Assembly (NCBI GenBank): GCA_009859145.1
Contig: VRVR01000028.1
Coordinates: 222,438-286,437, forward strand
DNA length: 64,000 nt
Direction: 5' to 3'
DNA from: Andalucia godoyi And28
Lineage: Eukaryota > Protista > Jakobida
This document shows positions 40,247 to 51,993 of this stretch, in pieces. Position 1 is the stretch's first letter, and every line of letters begins with the position of its first letter. A program made the position numbers and the translations under genes. A model generated the notes under the pieces. It worked only from the letters and a program-made list of their open reading frames with translations, searched no databases and was not told the DNA's origin.

Positions 40247-41316
40247 TTTCTAGATACTTCCCCAGTACACAAACGAATGCAAGAACACGTCGCGAATGCA
40301 GCCTTCCTCACCTCGAATTTTCCACGTCCTATGCTGTTATCGCAATGCAAAGCCCGCTGCAAACAAAGAAGAAGAAAAAGACTCACAAACGAACACACAC
40401 ACAAACAAAGAAAACAACAACAACCAAAAAACAACCCACACAAATTAGACTCAGCGGAACAAACTGCGTAATTTAAAAATAAATTAAAAAACGCCCCACA
40501 ATTTTCCTTGTGCTTTAAATAATTGTTAATTTAAGGAGAGGAGGGGAAGATCAAACGAGTCAAAAGCAGGAAACACAGTCGATTCTCGCCAGACGCCACA
40601 CCACACAAGTACGAGATCCGATGCGACAAACACAGACACACACACACACACACACACACACTGGTTTTTTTTTCCGAAGCGTAACAGAATCTGTGTAGAA
40701 TGCGGAAGCGCGAAGTTTCGGACGGCAAAACGAGCGACCCGAGGAAGAGTTTCCGTATTTCTTTTTGCGGTCTTTTTTTTTTTTTTTTTTTGGCTCCCTT
40801 ACCTGGAAGCTCAATGTTGCACATTGGCGGCGAGAGGAAAGGATGCTGCTACGAACCGTTTGCATGGGGAGAATGGAGCACTGCGAAAGGCGATTCGTGC
40901 AAAATCCAATCGCTTGGACTACACCGCCGTGCCGGTTTCCGATATCGGTGCGGCCAAAGTGCGGGATGCTGATGGCGGATGAAACGGCCCGCTGTGCGTC
41001 TGCTCCGATGCATCAAGTCCACTAAAAACCATTTCCATCTCGGACTTTCCCCACGCAGCATCAAGGCTCAAGCAGCTTCCCCTGGTGGCTGCCTGACGAG
41101 GGAATCGTGAATGATTATCATTATAACATATGTTGTTGGGATGGACATGATGGGAACAGCAGCACATGCAGGAAGGCAATCGTTAATTTTTAATCTATTA
41201 ATTGAATTTTTAATTTTAATTTTGATTTTTAATTTTGATTTAAATTTAAATTTTTTATCGTGGAAAAAGACAAGGTGCTTTTTCTTTTGTTTGTCCGGTT
41301 GGTATATGACTCTACA

Positions 41317-44300
41317 ATGTTGTCCTCCCTACATGTCCAGTCCCTGATTGTGCGGTGCATGGGGCATCCGTCGACGTGGAAAGACCACATTGCGCTCGCC
41401 GCATCGTGTGGATATACAGCAGTTCATTTGACGCCTGTGCAGAAGCTCGGTGCTTCAGGATCTGCGTATTCTATTCAGGACTGTCTTGACTACTGCCATC
41501 CTCTGGTTCCTGCTGCAATCTCCGAGATCCAGGCTTCTGAGAAACGCGTGAAGTGGATCGGAGACATTGTGTGGAACCACACGTCGTTTGATGATCCCTG
41601 GATCCACTTGCATCGAACGTGCGCGTATGCAGTGGAGGACTACCCCGAGCTGTACTCTGCACATCAGCTGGATGTTGCCCTCGCCAAGTTTTCTACGCAT
41701 GCAAAGATGCCGAGGCGAATGCACTCGCAGAAAGATGTCGATGAGGTGATTGCGCTGTTTAGAAAGGAGGCTGTGCCGTGGATTGACTGGAAAGAATCGG
41801 ATGCAGAGCTAGAGACTGCCCTCAAGAATATTGCAGGTGGTATATTTTATAGAAAAGTCCAGCTGGGACAGGAGGTCTCTCGGGAGTGTCCGTTGGTCGA
41901 ACCGTACTTCACCAACGGGCTTGCGCACAACGGCTGGATCTTCGGTGCAACGTATGACCGCTTTGATGCAAAGGTGTACACGAGAAGAGAGCTGATTGTC
42001 TGGTCGGACTGCATCAAGTTAAACTATGAAAATGGGCATCTTTCGCTTCCTCTGTGGAAGCGGATGGAAGACTACACCCGCGCACAAGCAACGCTGTTTC
42101 ACGGAATCCGCATAGATAACGCGCACTCGACGCCGTCTTCCGTTGCGATTCGCATGTGTGCCGTCATCAGGGACGTTCGACCAGATGCAATCATCATTGC
42201 CGAGCATTTTGGTTCGCAAGAAGCCAAGGCACAATTCACCAAGGATTGCACAGTCGACGCCCTCATCCTCGAAGCGACTCACACATCCGTAGAATACGCA
42301 GTGACGAATTCTGCCAACGTGGTGGTCTTTGATTGCACGCATGACACTGCTGTCCCTCCTATTCGCGAGCGAGCGGTGTGGGCTGCGGTTGCTGCAATGT
42401 CCCAAGGGGGCGTGGGTTCTGTTCGCGGCTATGACGAGCTCGTGGAGGTCAACCCACCGGTGGTGGATCCGATGGTCGATGCCAGCAAGAAGAGACCGCA
42501 TGACCCTTCTCGTGTTTTCTTGTCTGTTTCCCGCGATGGTGCGGAGAACACCACTCCAGCCCCAGAGCCATCACTGTATGATCCAACTCCCATTGCTGTC
42601 CCGCTGCAGGCTATTAAAGCTCGGTTGGCTGGTATTCGCAAACAGGAGCATTGGACTGGAGATGAACCTGCGTCAGTTCGGTACATCGATAAGGATGTCT
42701 TTGTTATCGAGCGAGGTGAGATCGTATTGGTCGCGAATTTAAGAAATCATGATTTCCGCCATCCCCCGCTGTTTCCCGAGGAGGAATTGCTCTTGTCGGT
42801 GGATGTGGTTCATTTGGGGATTTCGGATTCTTTCTCCTCGTCGTTTGACATTGGGAATTCTTCTTGGATGTTGCAAGATCTGGAGTCGCTCTGGGTTTCA
42901 CCGACCAAGCAGCGGACCAACGGCGATAATCTGTTTCAAACTGCTCCGAGTTGGCAAGTTTCACTTCGCGGAGATGCGTTTGGACCGGGCTCCATCCGCA
43001 TCTACCGTCATCGACCAGTACCTATTGTATTGCATGAATTAGAAAACGTGCATGATTTCAACTATGTTTTGTTTCGATGCTATTCGGAAAGTTTGGGCGG
43101 TGATGCATCCTATTTGATTGACGGCCAACCCCTTCCGTTTAATGGACTCTGGGGGTTTCGACATGCTCCGGAGTCTCATCTGCACAGTGGAGTATGGGCT
43201 CTTGAATACACTGCTCGACGGCTGGCACCTCGCTTTCCGAAACTGGCACATTTCTTTGAATACTGGTCAATTCGTCTGAATGCGCCGCTCTCTCGCAATT
43301 TGGCACAGCGAGGAAAAATCACAAAATCTCTGTTTCGCCGTGTTGTCGCCGATCTTGTACATCGATTGACTGCACATATCTTCAAATGGAATATTGAGAC
43401 GACGACCAAGAGAGCCCCGGCGATCGACGACATCCCTGCACTGGACAGCTCGTTCCGGGAGGCTTCCGACGGTCTGACAAATAATGATGTACGAACCATT
43501 GTACAGTCCATGAACTTGTCGGAAATGGAGTTGCTGTTTCGATTTGCATTTTCGTCTTATTTGTCGACTCAGCGCCCCGATCTCCTTGCTTCTCACTCCT
43601 TTATCAGCAATAGCAGCAGACAGGCCAGCTCCGCCGTTGACGGATGGTTCCGGGCCATTGACGCACATTATGATCCGGAACACGACACCTCCGTTTTGTC
43701 AGGAAAGAGAGGGTCCTTGGTCGGTCAGCTCAAGTCGCTAATCGATGAACGCTTTCGCGATCCGCTACGTCGTTTCGACTCTTTACTTGGACTCGGGGCA
43801 TTGGTGGAAATGTGCGGATCTTCGATTGAGGAGGGGTATGCCGCGGGGCTTCCCCATTTTTCTCAAGGCTACATGCGGCAATGGGGCCGCGACACCATGT
43901 TGTCCATTCCCGGAGCGTGTCTGGTAACGAATCAGTTTGACCTTGCCAGGAAATATATTCTCCAGTATGCAGGAAAACTTCACGAGGGACTTGTTCCGAA
44001 TTTGTACGATCCATCACGATACAATGCGCGCGACGCAACATGGTTTCTCATTATAGCAATCTACAAGTTTTGCCTGCATCGGGGGTCATGGGAGCTGTTC
44101 TGGGAAATGGAAGATGTTGTCCATTCCATTATTGAAAAGCATGTGAAGGGCATTCATTTCATTGACACGGGTTCCGATGACCGAATGCAGCCCGTCGGTT
44201 TCCAGATTGACATTGCGTGTGACGTTGATGGAACGTTATTAACCCGAGGAGATCCGGATGCTCGCAAGAATTCTGACGGATCGGAGAAGCTCCGTGATCC

Positions 44301-45156
44301 GACATATCTCTTTTATGGTGGCAACGCGTACAATGCAGGGACTTGGATGGACAAAATGGGATCCTCTCGCCAGGCTGGGAACTCGGGAAAGCCCGCGACC
44401 CCAAGAGATGGGTGTCCAATAGAGTTGGCGGCCTGTCAGTATGTGGCAATCAGCATGATGGCGCGCTTCGGGAAGCGACATTTCCGAGTGGAAGGAATTC
44501 CGTTCTCGTACGTGGAGTGGGCCGAGTTCATGCGATCTCATTTCGACAGTTGGTTTTTCGTTGATGAGCAGTGTGCTTCTGGTGCCGTGCACAAGCGCGG
44601 CATATATCGAGACGTTGTTGGCTGCGTGAGTAGCCCGTGGGCCGAGTACCAACTTCGTCCAAATGCGTGTTTAGCAATGTCCGTCGCTCCCGAATTGTTC
44701 GTCCAGGAACATGCACGGACGCATCTCGAATGGACGCGGACGAAGCTTGTCTACCGCAATTTCGCGATTTCGACACTCGATGTGGACGATTGGAATTATC
44801 GTCCGCTGTATCGAAACGCTGTCGATTCGAATGACTATTCAACTGCTTTGGGTTTCAACTACCACAATGGTCCTCCATGGGTTTGGCTGTACGGACATTA
44901 CATTATGTCTCGTCTGTGGTTCTTCGGGGAAGAGAGAACGCTCGATCATGTCCATGCACTGTTTTCCGCTCCATTTCAGCACATTCTGAATTCAAACTGG
45001 TGCGGACTTCCTGAGCTGTGCGAAACCGATGATGGGTGTATAACGCAAGCTTGGTCCAATGCATGTGTGCTGGAAGCGCTGGACTTTGCTCGTCGTTTGG
45101 TGCCGTCGACAGACGGTCTCCAAGACCCTTTGTTCGTCTCGTCATCTCAGGAGTGA
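41317..45156 (+). CDS. AGL: Glycogen debranching enzyme (4-alpha-glucanotransferase/amylo-1,6-glucosidase), compact form
   Basis: VHLTPVQ..GASGSAYSI, GIRIDNAHSTP, IIAEHF, DCTHD, AGLPHF..WGRDT, TWMDKMG, YHNGP.W and GLPEL..QAWS. First in-frame ATG is 41317. Confidence 0.92.
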   Translation: MLSSLHVQSLIVRCMGHPSTWKDHIALAASCGYTAVHLTPVQKLGASGSAYSIQDCLDYCHPLVPAAISEIQASEKRVKWIGDIVWNHTSFDDPWIHLHRTCAYAVEDYPELYSAHQLDVALAKFSTHAKMPRRMHSQKDVDEVIALFRKEAVPWIDWKESDAELETALKNIAGGIFYRKVQLGQEVSRECPLVEPYFTNGLAHNGWIFGATYDRFDAKVYTRRELIVWSDCIKLNYENGHLSLPLWKRMEDYTRAQATLFHGIRIDNAHSTPSSVAIRMCAVIRDVRPDAIIIAEHFGSQEAKAQFTKDCTVDALILEATHTSVEYAVTNSANVVVFDCTHDTAVPPIRERAVWAAVAAMSQGGVGSVRGYDELVEVNPPVVDPMVDASKKRPHDPSRVFLSVSRDGAENTTPAPEPSLYDPTPIAVPLQAIKARLAGIRKQEHWTGDEPASVRYIDKDVFVIERGEIVLVANLRNHDFRHPPLFPEEELLLSVDVVHLGISDSFSSSFDIGNSSWMLQDLESLWVSPTKQRTNGDNLFQTAPSWQVSLRGDAFGPGSIRIYRHRPVPIVLHELENVHDFNYVLFRCYSESLGGDASYLIDGQPLPFNGLWGFRHAPESHLHSGVWALEYTARRLAPRFPKLAHFFEYWSIRLNAPLSRNLAQRGKITKSLFRRVVADLVHRLTAHIFKWNIETTTKRAPAIDDIPALDSSFREASDGLTNNDVRTIVQSMNLSEMELLFRFAFSSYLSTQRPDLLASHSFISNSSRQASSAVDGWFRAIDAHYDPEHDTSVLSGKRGSLVGQLKSLIDERFRDPLRRFDSLLGLGALVEMCGSSIEEGYAAGLPHFSQGYMRQWGRDTMLSIPGACLVTNQFDLARKYILQYAGKLHEGLVPNLYDPSRYNARDATWFLIIAIYKFCLHRGSWELFWEMEDVVHSIIEKHVKGIHFIDTGSDDRMQPVGFQIDIACDVDGTLLTRGDPDARKNSDGSEKLRDPTYLFYGGNAYNAGTWMDKMGSSRQAGNSGKPATPRDGCPIELAACQYVAISMMARFGKRHFRVEGIPFSYVEWAEFMRSHFDSWFFVDEQCASGAVHKRGIYRDVVGCVSSPWAEYQLRPNACLAMSVAPELFVQEHARTHLEWTRTKLVYRNFAISTLDVDDWNYRPLYRNAVDSNDYSTALGFNYHNGPPWVWLYGHYIMSRLWFFGEERTLDHVHALFSAPFQHILNSNWCGLPELCETDDGCITQAWSNACVLEALDFARRLVPSTDGLQDPLFVSSSQE

Positions 45157-45298
45157 TGGTTCTGTTGCATAAAGTGGGAGGCAGAGATAGTAAATAATAA
45201 GTGTAAGCAGCAACCGCGATATTAATAGCTAATCAGTATGTTCAAATTATGTTCGCACACGTAGCAGCCAAAACCCATGCAAGGAAATTGCCGCGCCA

Positions 45299-46675
45299 CT
45301 ATTCCAGCGAGAGGACGGCGCTCTCGATCGTGTCTTTGCTGCTGAATGTCTCCATATCGGAGCGCTGCCGCAAGTGGTGATGATGATACATCATGCAGTA
45401 TTCGACAGAAGGCACAACAGCATCAGCACCCTTCTCTGGATGTCGCAAGATATCCAGCCAATAACTTGCTTTCCCATGAGAGGTTGTGAGGAAATACAGA
45501 TTATCGTGTCGCGGCACCGGCGCCTCGTCATGAACGGTAGGAGCATCGGCATACTGCACAGAGTGTCCGACAAGGCGCTCGATTCGTTCAATTTCCATTG
45601 AATTTTCCAATTCCTCGATGACAGCGACAGCTGTCCATCCGCAAGTTTGCTTTGGAACAAACACGTCTGACTGGATGTGGTCGCCAACATACACCAACTT
45701 CAGATCATCGGACCCGATTGCTTTCTCCAGCGATATTTCGAAATCACGAGCATTTCCGCCACAATACACTGCGGATCGGTGGAAATCAACATCGCGACAC
45801 GCATTATTGATGACATCATTCTCTGACGGCGTGACCCACGAGTCAAGCTCCACAAACGCTTGGAGACTGGATGTGAAAAACACTGGCTTCCTCGCGGAGG
45901 TCACCACAGTGGAAAACGCACTGATCCAGTCTGTGCCAAATGCAAAATCCATCAACAGTTTTGTATATTCTGGAAGAGAATTTGTTATCAAAACGGTCCG
46001 GATTCCCGATTCCTTCATTGACCGGATCCAATGCACGAAATGCAACGGTTGAGGACGAATGTACTTTTGGATGTCTGTGCGCAGAGCTGAAAAAAACCAC
46101 GAATCTGCCTTGTTGTAATTGGTGAAGTTCCACCGGAAGGATCCCACCATTGCGTTGAACAGTTCCGAATACGAGACGCAAAACGACAAGTGTGCCTGCG
46201 AGTCATGCAGCGTCACAAGCCGTGCAAAGATCGGTCCAAGCCCTGCCTCAAAGTACGTAATGAGTGCTGCAAACGGCTCCGAAAATGAAAGGGCGCCGTG
46301 ATACGATTGAAACTGTCGCTGCGCTTCCACAATGGTTGGAACATCCGCAAAATTCACCACTTCTTCTTCTCCGTGAAAGACTCGAACAAACCTTTTCTCA
46401 GCATCAATCTCGTAAAAGTTGCCTCTGTGCCGATCCACAATCAGTCCGCGCGAGGAATACCGCGGATCAAAATCCGAGGGATCTAAAGAAAGGTGCACAG
46501 AAGGGAACCGGACCACCTGGGTAAGATAGCGGATCGTACACTCATGCATCAGCGCAAATAGCGGGCCGACATTGTACCGAACAAGAGTGTGGTCCATGTC
46601 CCAACAGACTGCCGCAAATGAATCCCATGCAATCCCCTTGTCAATTCTCTCGTTCTTCATCGCAACGTTGCTCAT
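45299..46675 (-). CDS. HAD-family 5'-nucleotidase (NT5DC-like)
   Basis: WDMDHTLVRY motif I, LITNS, ARKPVFF and YVGDHIQSDV. Start at MSNVAM (46675). Confidence 0.9.
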   Translation of the reverse strand: MSNVAMKNERIDKGIAWDSFAAVCWDMDHTLVRYNVGPLFALMHECTIRYLTQVVRFPSVHLSLDPSDFDPRYSSRGLIVDRHRGNFYEIDAEKRFVRVFHGEEEVVNFADVPTIVEAQRQFQSYHGALSFSEPFAALITYFEAGLGPIFARLVTLHDSQAHLSFCVSYSELFNAMVGSFRWNFTNYNKADSWFFSALRTDIQKYIRPQPLHFVHWIRSMKESGIRTVLITNSLPEYTKLLMDFAFGTDWISAFSTVVTSARKPVFFTSSLQAFVELDSWVTPSENDVINNACRDVDFHRSAVYCGGNARDFEISLEKAIGSDDLKLVYVGDHIQSDVFVPKQTCGWTAVAVIEELENSMEIERIERLVGHSVQYADAPTVHDEAPVPRHDNLYFLTTSHGKASYWLDILRHPEKGADAVVPSVEYCMMYHHHHLRQRSDMETFSSKDTIESAVLSLE

Positions 46676-47043
46676 CCTCCTTTTACTATTTTTATTGATT
46701 GACGAACAACTCAACACTCTTCCCCTTCTCGACCAATATATATGTAAAACTCAAAAATAAATGTAAACAAAGGAAATCCAACAATGATTTTCTCGATTTC
46801 GATGTATGAGTCACACGACGACTCAAACCACGCAATCACTTTCATTTTTTGTGGGAGGGATAGCATCAATTGCAAAGTATCAATTGCCGTCTCCCGGTTC
46901 ATCAAAACTCGAATTTTGCACAAAAGACTTGGTTTTGTGCGCTTCATTAGTCTTCGTTTTTTTCCCCTTTCTCTCTTCGTTTTTTTCCCACCTCTTCTGT
47001 CTCTTTGTGTGTTGTTGAGAGAGGAATTCTTCTGAAAAAGGAA

Positions 47044-47232
47044 ATGGCCTGACGATCGGCGGAGAGCTCTCCGGTACCACAGTGGTTCTACTGGTTGGCA
47101 GCATTCATGGGAAGCTTGCTGGTGGCATTGATTGTGCTGTCCATTGTTCGCGATCACAGAGATTCTCGCCAAGCGTACACTGCGACCGGCGATTCGGATT
47201 CCGAGCAACCAATCTCTGACAAGGGACTATAA
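47044..47232 (+). CDS. Small single-TM protein not in the ORF track; in-frame TGA at codon 3, or an alternative start at 47107
   Basis: ATG GCC TGA CGA TCG... continues as RSAESSPVPQWFYWLAAFMGSLLVALIVLSIVRDHRDSRQAYTATGDSDSEQPISDKGL*, a clean TM helix followed by a charged tail. It is a GC-rich island in an AT-rich spacer. Confidence 0.45.
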
Positions 47233-47784
47233 CGCCCGGAATCGCTCATTTTTTTAATCTTATTTTTCCCCCTTGCGTTGTTAAGTGATGGATTGCTCTT
47301 TGATGATGCATACAGAGCAAAGCGTAGAATTGGGCTGTCTGTATTGCTGAAGTGAAAAGATGAAGATTGAAACGTTGATGCTTTGCGATGGGATTGGGGG
47401 GAGAATGGATGCATCATTCTTCTTTCCTCTCTTATGAGCAAACAGACAATGGGAGAAATCCGCACGAACAACCACAAGAACACCACCAGCATAGCCGTTT
47501 GGGGTGAATTTGTGATTTCTTTCCACGACATGTATTTGTTTGTATTTGCATTTGTACTTGTATATGCAGGAGCAATGGATGAAATATAAAAGGGAAAACA
47601 CACAGGCGATCGTTTGGATGAAAATCTATGGGTATGGTACATCGTACACACTAGGAAAACGAAGGGGAAATCAACGATCGCCATAAAAGAAAAACGAAGC
47701 AATCATTCAACATTGGATCTTGCAGGGAGAAGTCAACTGGAAAAAAACAAGGAAGAAAGAAGGAAGGAAAGAGAGAAAGATCGA

Positions 47785-50400
47785 TCATGCATTGCTCTGT
47801 CCGGCACCATTGGCCAGGTTGGCAAGTTCGTCCTTGCGGAAGGACCGGCTCAGCATCTCCTCTTCACGAAGATGCTTCTGGAACTCGGTAAGCCTGGTCT
47901 TCAGCGTCTGAATGACTTCCAGTTTGCGGTCCAGGACTTGCTCCAAATTCGTAACGTACTCGTCAATCGCAGACCCTGGTTGATCAACATCATTCAAAAG
48001 CTTCATCTCGGTGCGCATAAGCTCCATGATGATGTCAATTTGGTGGCGATGCGACTGAATGACCTCTTCCTCTTCCTCAAGAATCGTGTTGATCAAATCC
48101 TCGTGCGCACGCTCCAGCACCTGACCGTCATCTCCATTCGCACGAGCATCGTCTCCCTCTTCGAAATAATCGTCGTCGCCCTGATCATAGCCAGCACCGT
48201 CGTCGCCCACTTCCTCAATATTCATTATATCCTCATCGTCCGATTCATCCTCCCCATAGCCACCACGACCGCCGTACTGGCGACCTCCGCCATGACGACC
48301 ACCCGCACCAGATCCAGGCTTTCCATACCATCCGGGACCGCCGGCGCCTCCTGCACGCGCCCCGACAGGCGGACGGCCTCCAGCAGACGCAGATGGTGGC
48401 CTCACAGCTCCCGTGTTCGGTCTTCCCGGAGCCGCCGCTGCATTGGCACCAGGTTGCTGTTGAGGGAAAGGAGGTGGGTTTTGCAACGCCTGGCGAGCGG
48501 CACGCGAACGGGCAGCATTTGACGCCGCCACCTCGTTCGGAGTGCGGCCATACAAATCGCGCTGTTGTTTTCCATTGTTTCCTCTCTTCAGCTCTTTCAC
48601 ACGGTCTGCATATCGCAGGGTGTTGAGCGTGTGCTCGGACGCAGCGGAGGCGGGTGCAATGTTTGCAATCATGCAGGTTCGAGAATTTCCAACAAAGGAA
48701 TCTCGCAAAACCTCCGTCAGCTTGGATCCGCGGAAAGGAATGTGTCTATGATCCTGATCCAATGCTCGGATGCACTCTTTGAGCGCAAGCAAAGACTTGT
48801 TGATCTCCGCACCTTCCATACGCGTCTGTCGATTGTTATCCATTGTGTCTGCACCTCGTTCTGAGCCCGCCAGATCGATGAACGAGAACTTGCCGCACTG
48901 TTTCCTGGTCTTCTTATCCTTTAGCACAATTTGCAGCAACGCATGAGATCGTGAAGACTCATCATTGGCTCCCGTGGTGCCTGTAGCCCGAACAGAATTG
49001 CCGTATTCAATAAGCTCCATCAGCGCATCGACGGATTCTACAGGGTGCTCCTGCAACCCAACAATGTGCACTTCCGAACGCGCATCCTCTCTTGGTGCCA
49101 ATTTCTTCCTGTTATTCAAAAGGTCAAACAATTTGGATGCATAAATCTCAAAGAACGACGCCCAGATATCTGTCGTGTTGTGGTCGACCATAGCAAACAG
49201 ATCGCGGGTTGCCATCAAGTACAAACCCATCTGACCCTGCTTTCCAAGCATCGTGTATGTCTTTCCAGAGCCAGTCTGGCCAAAGCAAAACACAGAGGCC
49301 TTTCCATTGTTCACGACGAACTCGACTAGCGGCGCAGCCGTACGCGCATATACTTCTGCATTGTCAACTTCCGAGTCAAATACCTCGTCAAAAACGAACT
49401 GATGCTGATCAATGTACTTTGTCAGATCGACCTTGACTTTAGGTTCGTGAACCGTCAGTGCGTCCTGCGACTCGACGGTAACAATATCAATTTCGTTCCT
49501 TTGTTCTTCCTTTTTTGTGAGTGGTCGCTTTCTCACAGCAACCTTGATGTTCGACATCCGCCCTCCCTTGCGATCGTTGTCGTTGTCCGTCGGAACAGGC
49601 GCACTTCTCCCGCTGTCTCGATTATTCGCAGAGGACACTACATTTACTTGCATTCCCGGAACAGACGACGGTGCGATGCCCGAGGACCCAGACTGAGGAG
49701 GAATATTCTGCAGCTGTTGCGCCGGGATCTGCTGGCTTGCAGGTCTCTGGCGCACAGGTGCCGCTGACACACTAGGTGCAGACAGCACACCCGCTGAAGA
49801 GGACGAGGACGAGGACGATGACGATGACTGTGGTTGTGGTTGCATAGCAGCAGCAGCAGATGACGATGATGATGATGGTGGTGGTGCACTTGTGAGAGCA
49901 CCGGAAGAAGGCGGGGCAATACTACTGCTTGGGTTTGCAGAAGCTTGTTGCTGGACAGAAGAGAGCTGCGTAGGCTGGTTATTCAGCATCATCGATGTCG
50001 GCACCTGCATCTCGTTTCCTGCTGCAGAACCGTCGGGTCCAGGGAGTCTTCCAGCGCTCTGTTCTCGTTTGATGACTTGGATCAACTGGAACAACCGCTT
50101 TCGGTCCGCCATGCTCACGACTCCAAATCGCGCATAGTCTGAATTCGCAAGTCCAATTTTGGGTTCAAAAAAACAGGAAGAAGGCAGCAGCAGTTCACAA
50201 TCAATGCGATAAAATGGCGAACGGAGATTAGATAATTATTCTGAATGGAAGTTGAAGGGACGGGAGGATACTGGTCCAGGAAACATACCTTGCATTGACA
50301 ACGTTGTGATGTTAGCTTCATCGACCGCTGCAGATTGAAAAGCCGGAAAATGCGCTTCAAGGCCAATTTGCTCAAGCCACGTGTACAAGACAGACGACAT
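47785..50400 (-). CDS. Kinesin-13 with an N-terminal SAM domain (exons 50400-50289, 50138-47785)
   Basis: [34 protein letters not shown] and [16 protein letters not shown]. Splicing joins [14 protein letters not shown]...LSMQ to [20 protein letters not shown], forming a SAM-like domain as in KIF24 and plant kinesin-13. Confidence 0.93.
50139..50288 (-). other. GT-AG intron (150 nt) in the kinesin-13 SAM domain
   Basis: Minus-strand GTATGT donor at 50288 and TTCAG acceptor at 50139; the phase-1 join yields the Asp codon. Confidence 0.85.
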
Positions 50401-50934
50401 TTCAATGGAAATCAACTTGAGGCGAAAGCAAAAGAAGGGGAGGAGGGGAAACAAAAACACGCGCGGGTAAAATGCAAACGTGTCTCGGCTTGGAGTAGCA
50501 GTAGTAGAAGAAGAAAAAAGAAAAGGAGGGGGAAAAGAAGAGAAGGAAAAGAAGAGAAGGACCAAAAGGAAAGAATAGGGCAAAACGTACGCATGAGGGA
50601 AAATCTCAAAAGTCCCAAAAGCTCAAAAGGATTAATGCAAAGGATTTTTTTTTTTTTCTTTGACGGGATCATTCGAGAGCTTTTGGCGGTCCATCCGTTT
50701 CTAGCCCAGCGCCCAGTCAGGCTAGGTTCCCAGCATCACGTCAAAAAAAATCCCCGATCCACTCCCGACGCCACAACACTGTTTATGCCAACGTTTTTGC
50801 ACCCTTTTCCAACTCTCTGGTCTGCTTTGGAGCTTTTCTAAAAGATTTTTTTTTTATTTTGAGGTTTTTGGACTGGAAAGGTTTGTTTATTATCAATTCG
50901 GCTCGCAGGTGGTTGGGTTGTTTTTTGTTTATTT

Positions 50935-50969
<35 letters not shown>

Positions 50970-51006
50970 GTAGTTCTTCCTTGTGCGCTTTTGAGATTGC
51001 GCAACG

Positions 51007-51993
51007 ATGGACTTCACGGGGTATGGATCTGGGTCTATTTTCACGCCGCAGGAACTGACGGCTTTGGAGCAGCAGCTGAATTCGCTTTTCAAGGCTGCGA
51101 AAGAAGCACGGACCGTGTGCAAGGACGAGTCTTTCAAGCTGTCAAGTGCGTTTGAAGCAGAGGTAATGAGTCAAAAGCAGACTGCGTCGAAGAATCAGCA
51201 GTCGCATGCTTCGACGACGACGACGACGACGACAGGAGGCGAGCACAAGGTGAAGATTGGCGATTGTTTGGGTCTGATGCAGGAAATTATTCGGCAAACG
51301 GACGACGTGCTTGTCGATGACATGAATTTCTTGGATGACCAGATGAAGCTAGTGCGGAAGATTAAGAACTCTAATGATCACTGGGCTCAGCTTGAGCTGA
51401 AGACCATCCTCGGAGAAGATGTCATCGACACGGAGGCACTGAATGCAGAAATTGCAGAAAAGAGTAATTCGTGCAGGGACAGCTTTTTGGAGCTGATGAC
51501 GAGGCTAAGAGCTATCTTGGACGAGGGTAATGTCGACAAGTTGTACAGAGCACTTAAACGAGTGCAGAACGGAGAGCCCGTTGACCAGGATGAACCCGAG
51601 CCCGAGCCACTACCCGAGACACAACCGCAAGAAGGACCCGAACCACAAACGCAAGCAGAGGCACACCGCGCCACCGAAACAGCCACCGAGCCTGTTTCGC
51701 ATGGAGCCCCGGAGCCAGCGCAAGAGAATGCAGAGACTCCAGCTTCGCCAGCTCGAGAAGAACAGCCTCCATCTGGAGTAGTTGTCAGTGATGCGGAGGG
51801 AGCTTCGTCTGCTGGAGACGTCAAGAATGGTGGATCAGATGCAGTGCAGGAAGAGAGTGGGCAAGTTGTAGACACACAGCGGGATGAGGAGAACCACTCG
51901 GCTGCTGCAGAATCAGACCCGATTCTCAACAGCAGTCCTGGGTCGAGTGCAGTACAAAATGCGGGCGATTCAAACGCAGTTTCTGCACCGTAG
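51007..51993 (+). CDS. Hypothetical protein: coiled-coil N-half, acidic Pro/Glu-rich C-half
   Basis: 328-aa ORF with coding-like composition. The stop codon coincides with the first bases of repeat copy 3. Confidence 0.75.
   Translation: MDFTGYGSGSIFTPQELTALEQQLNSLFKAAKEARTVCKDESFKLSSAFEAEVMSQKQTASKNQQSHASTTTTTTTGGEHKVKIGDCLGLMQEIIRQTDDVLVDDMNFLDDQMKLVRKIKNSNDHWAQLELKTILGEDVIDTEALNAEIAEKSNSCRDSFLELMTRLRAILDEGNVDKLYRALKRVQNGEPVDQDEPEPEPLPETQPQEGPEPQTQAEAHRATETATEPVSHGAPEPAQENAETPASPAREEQPPSGVVVSDAEGASSAGDVKNGGSDAVQEESGQVVDTQRDEENHSAAAESDPILNSSPGSSAVQNAGDSNAVSAP

Noticed and set aside
40795-40830. U1 snRNA-like TTACCTGG and TTGCAC
   Set aside because: The spacing is far too short, the 5' end does not match AUACUUACCUG, and there is no downstream Sm site or stem set.
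47280-47345. Possible SECIS hairpin (TTGCTCT/AGAGCAA) downstream of the UGA-containing micro-ORF
   Set aside because: It lacks the apical AA motif and a properly spaced UGA/GA quartet.
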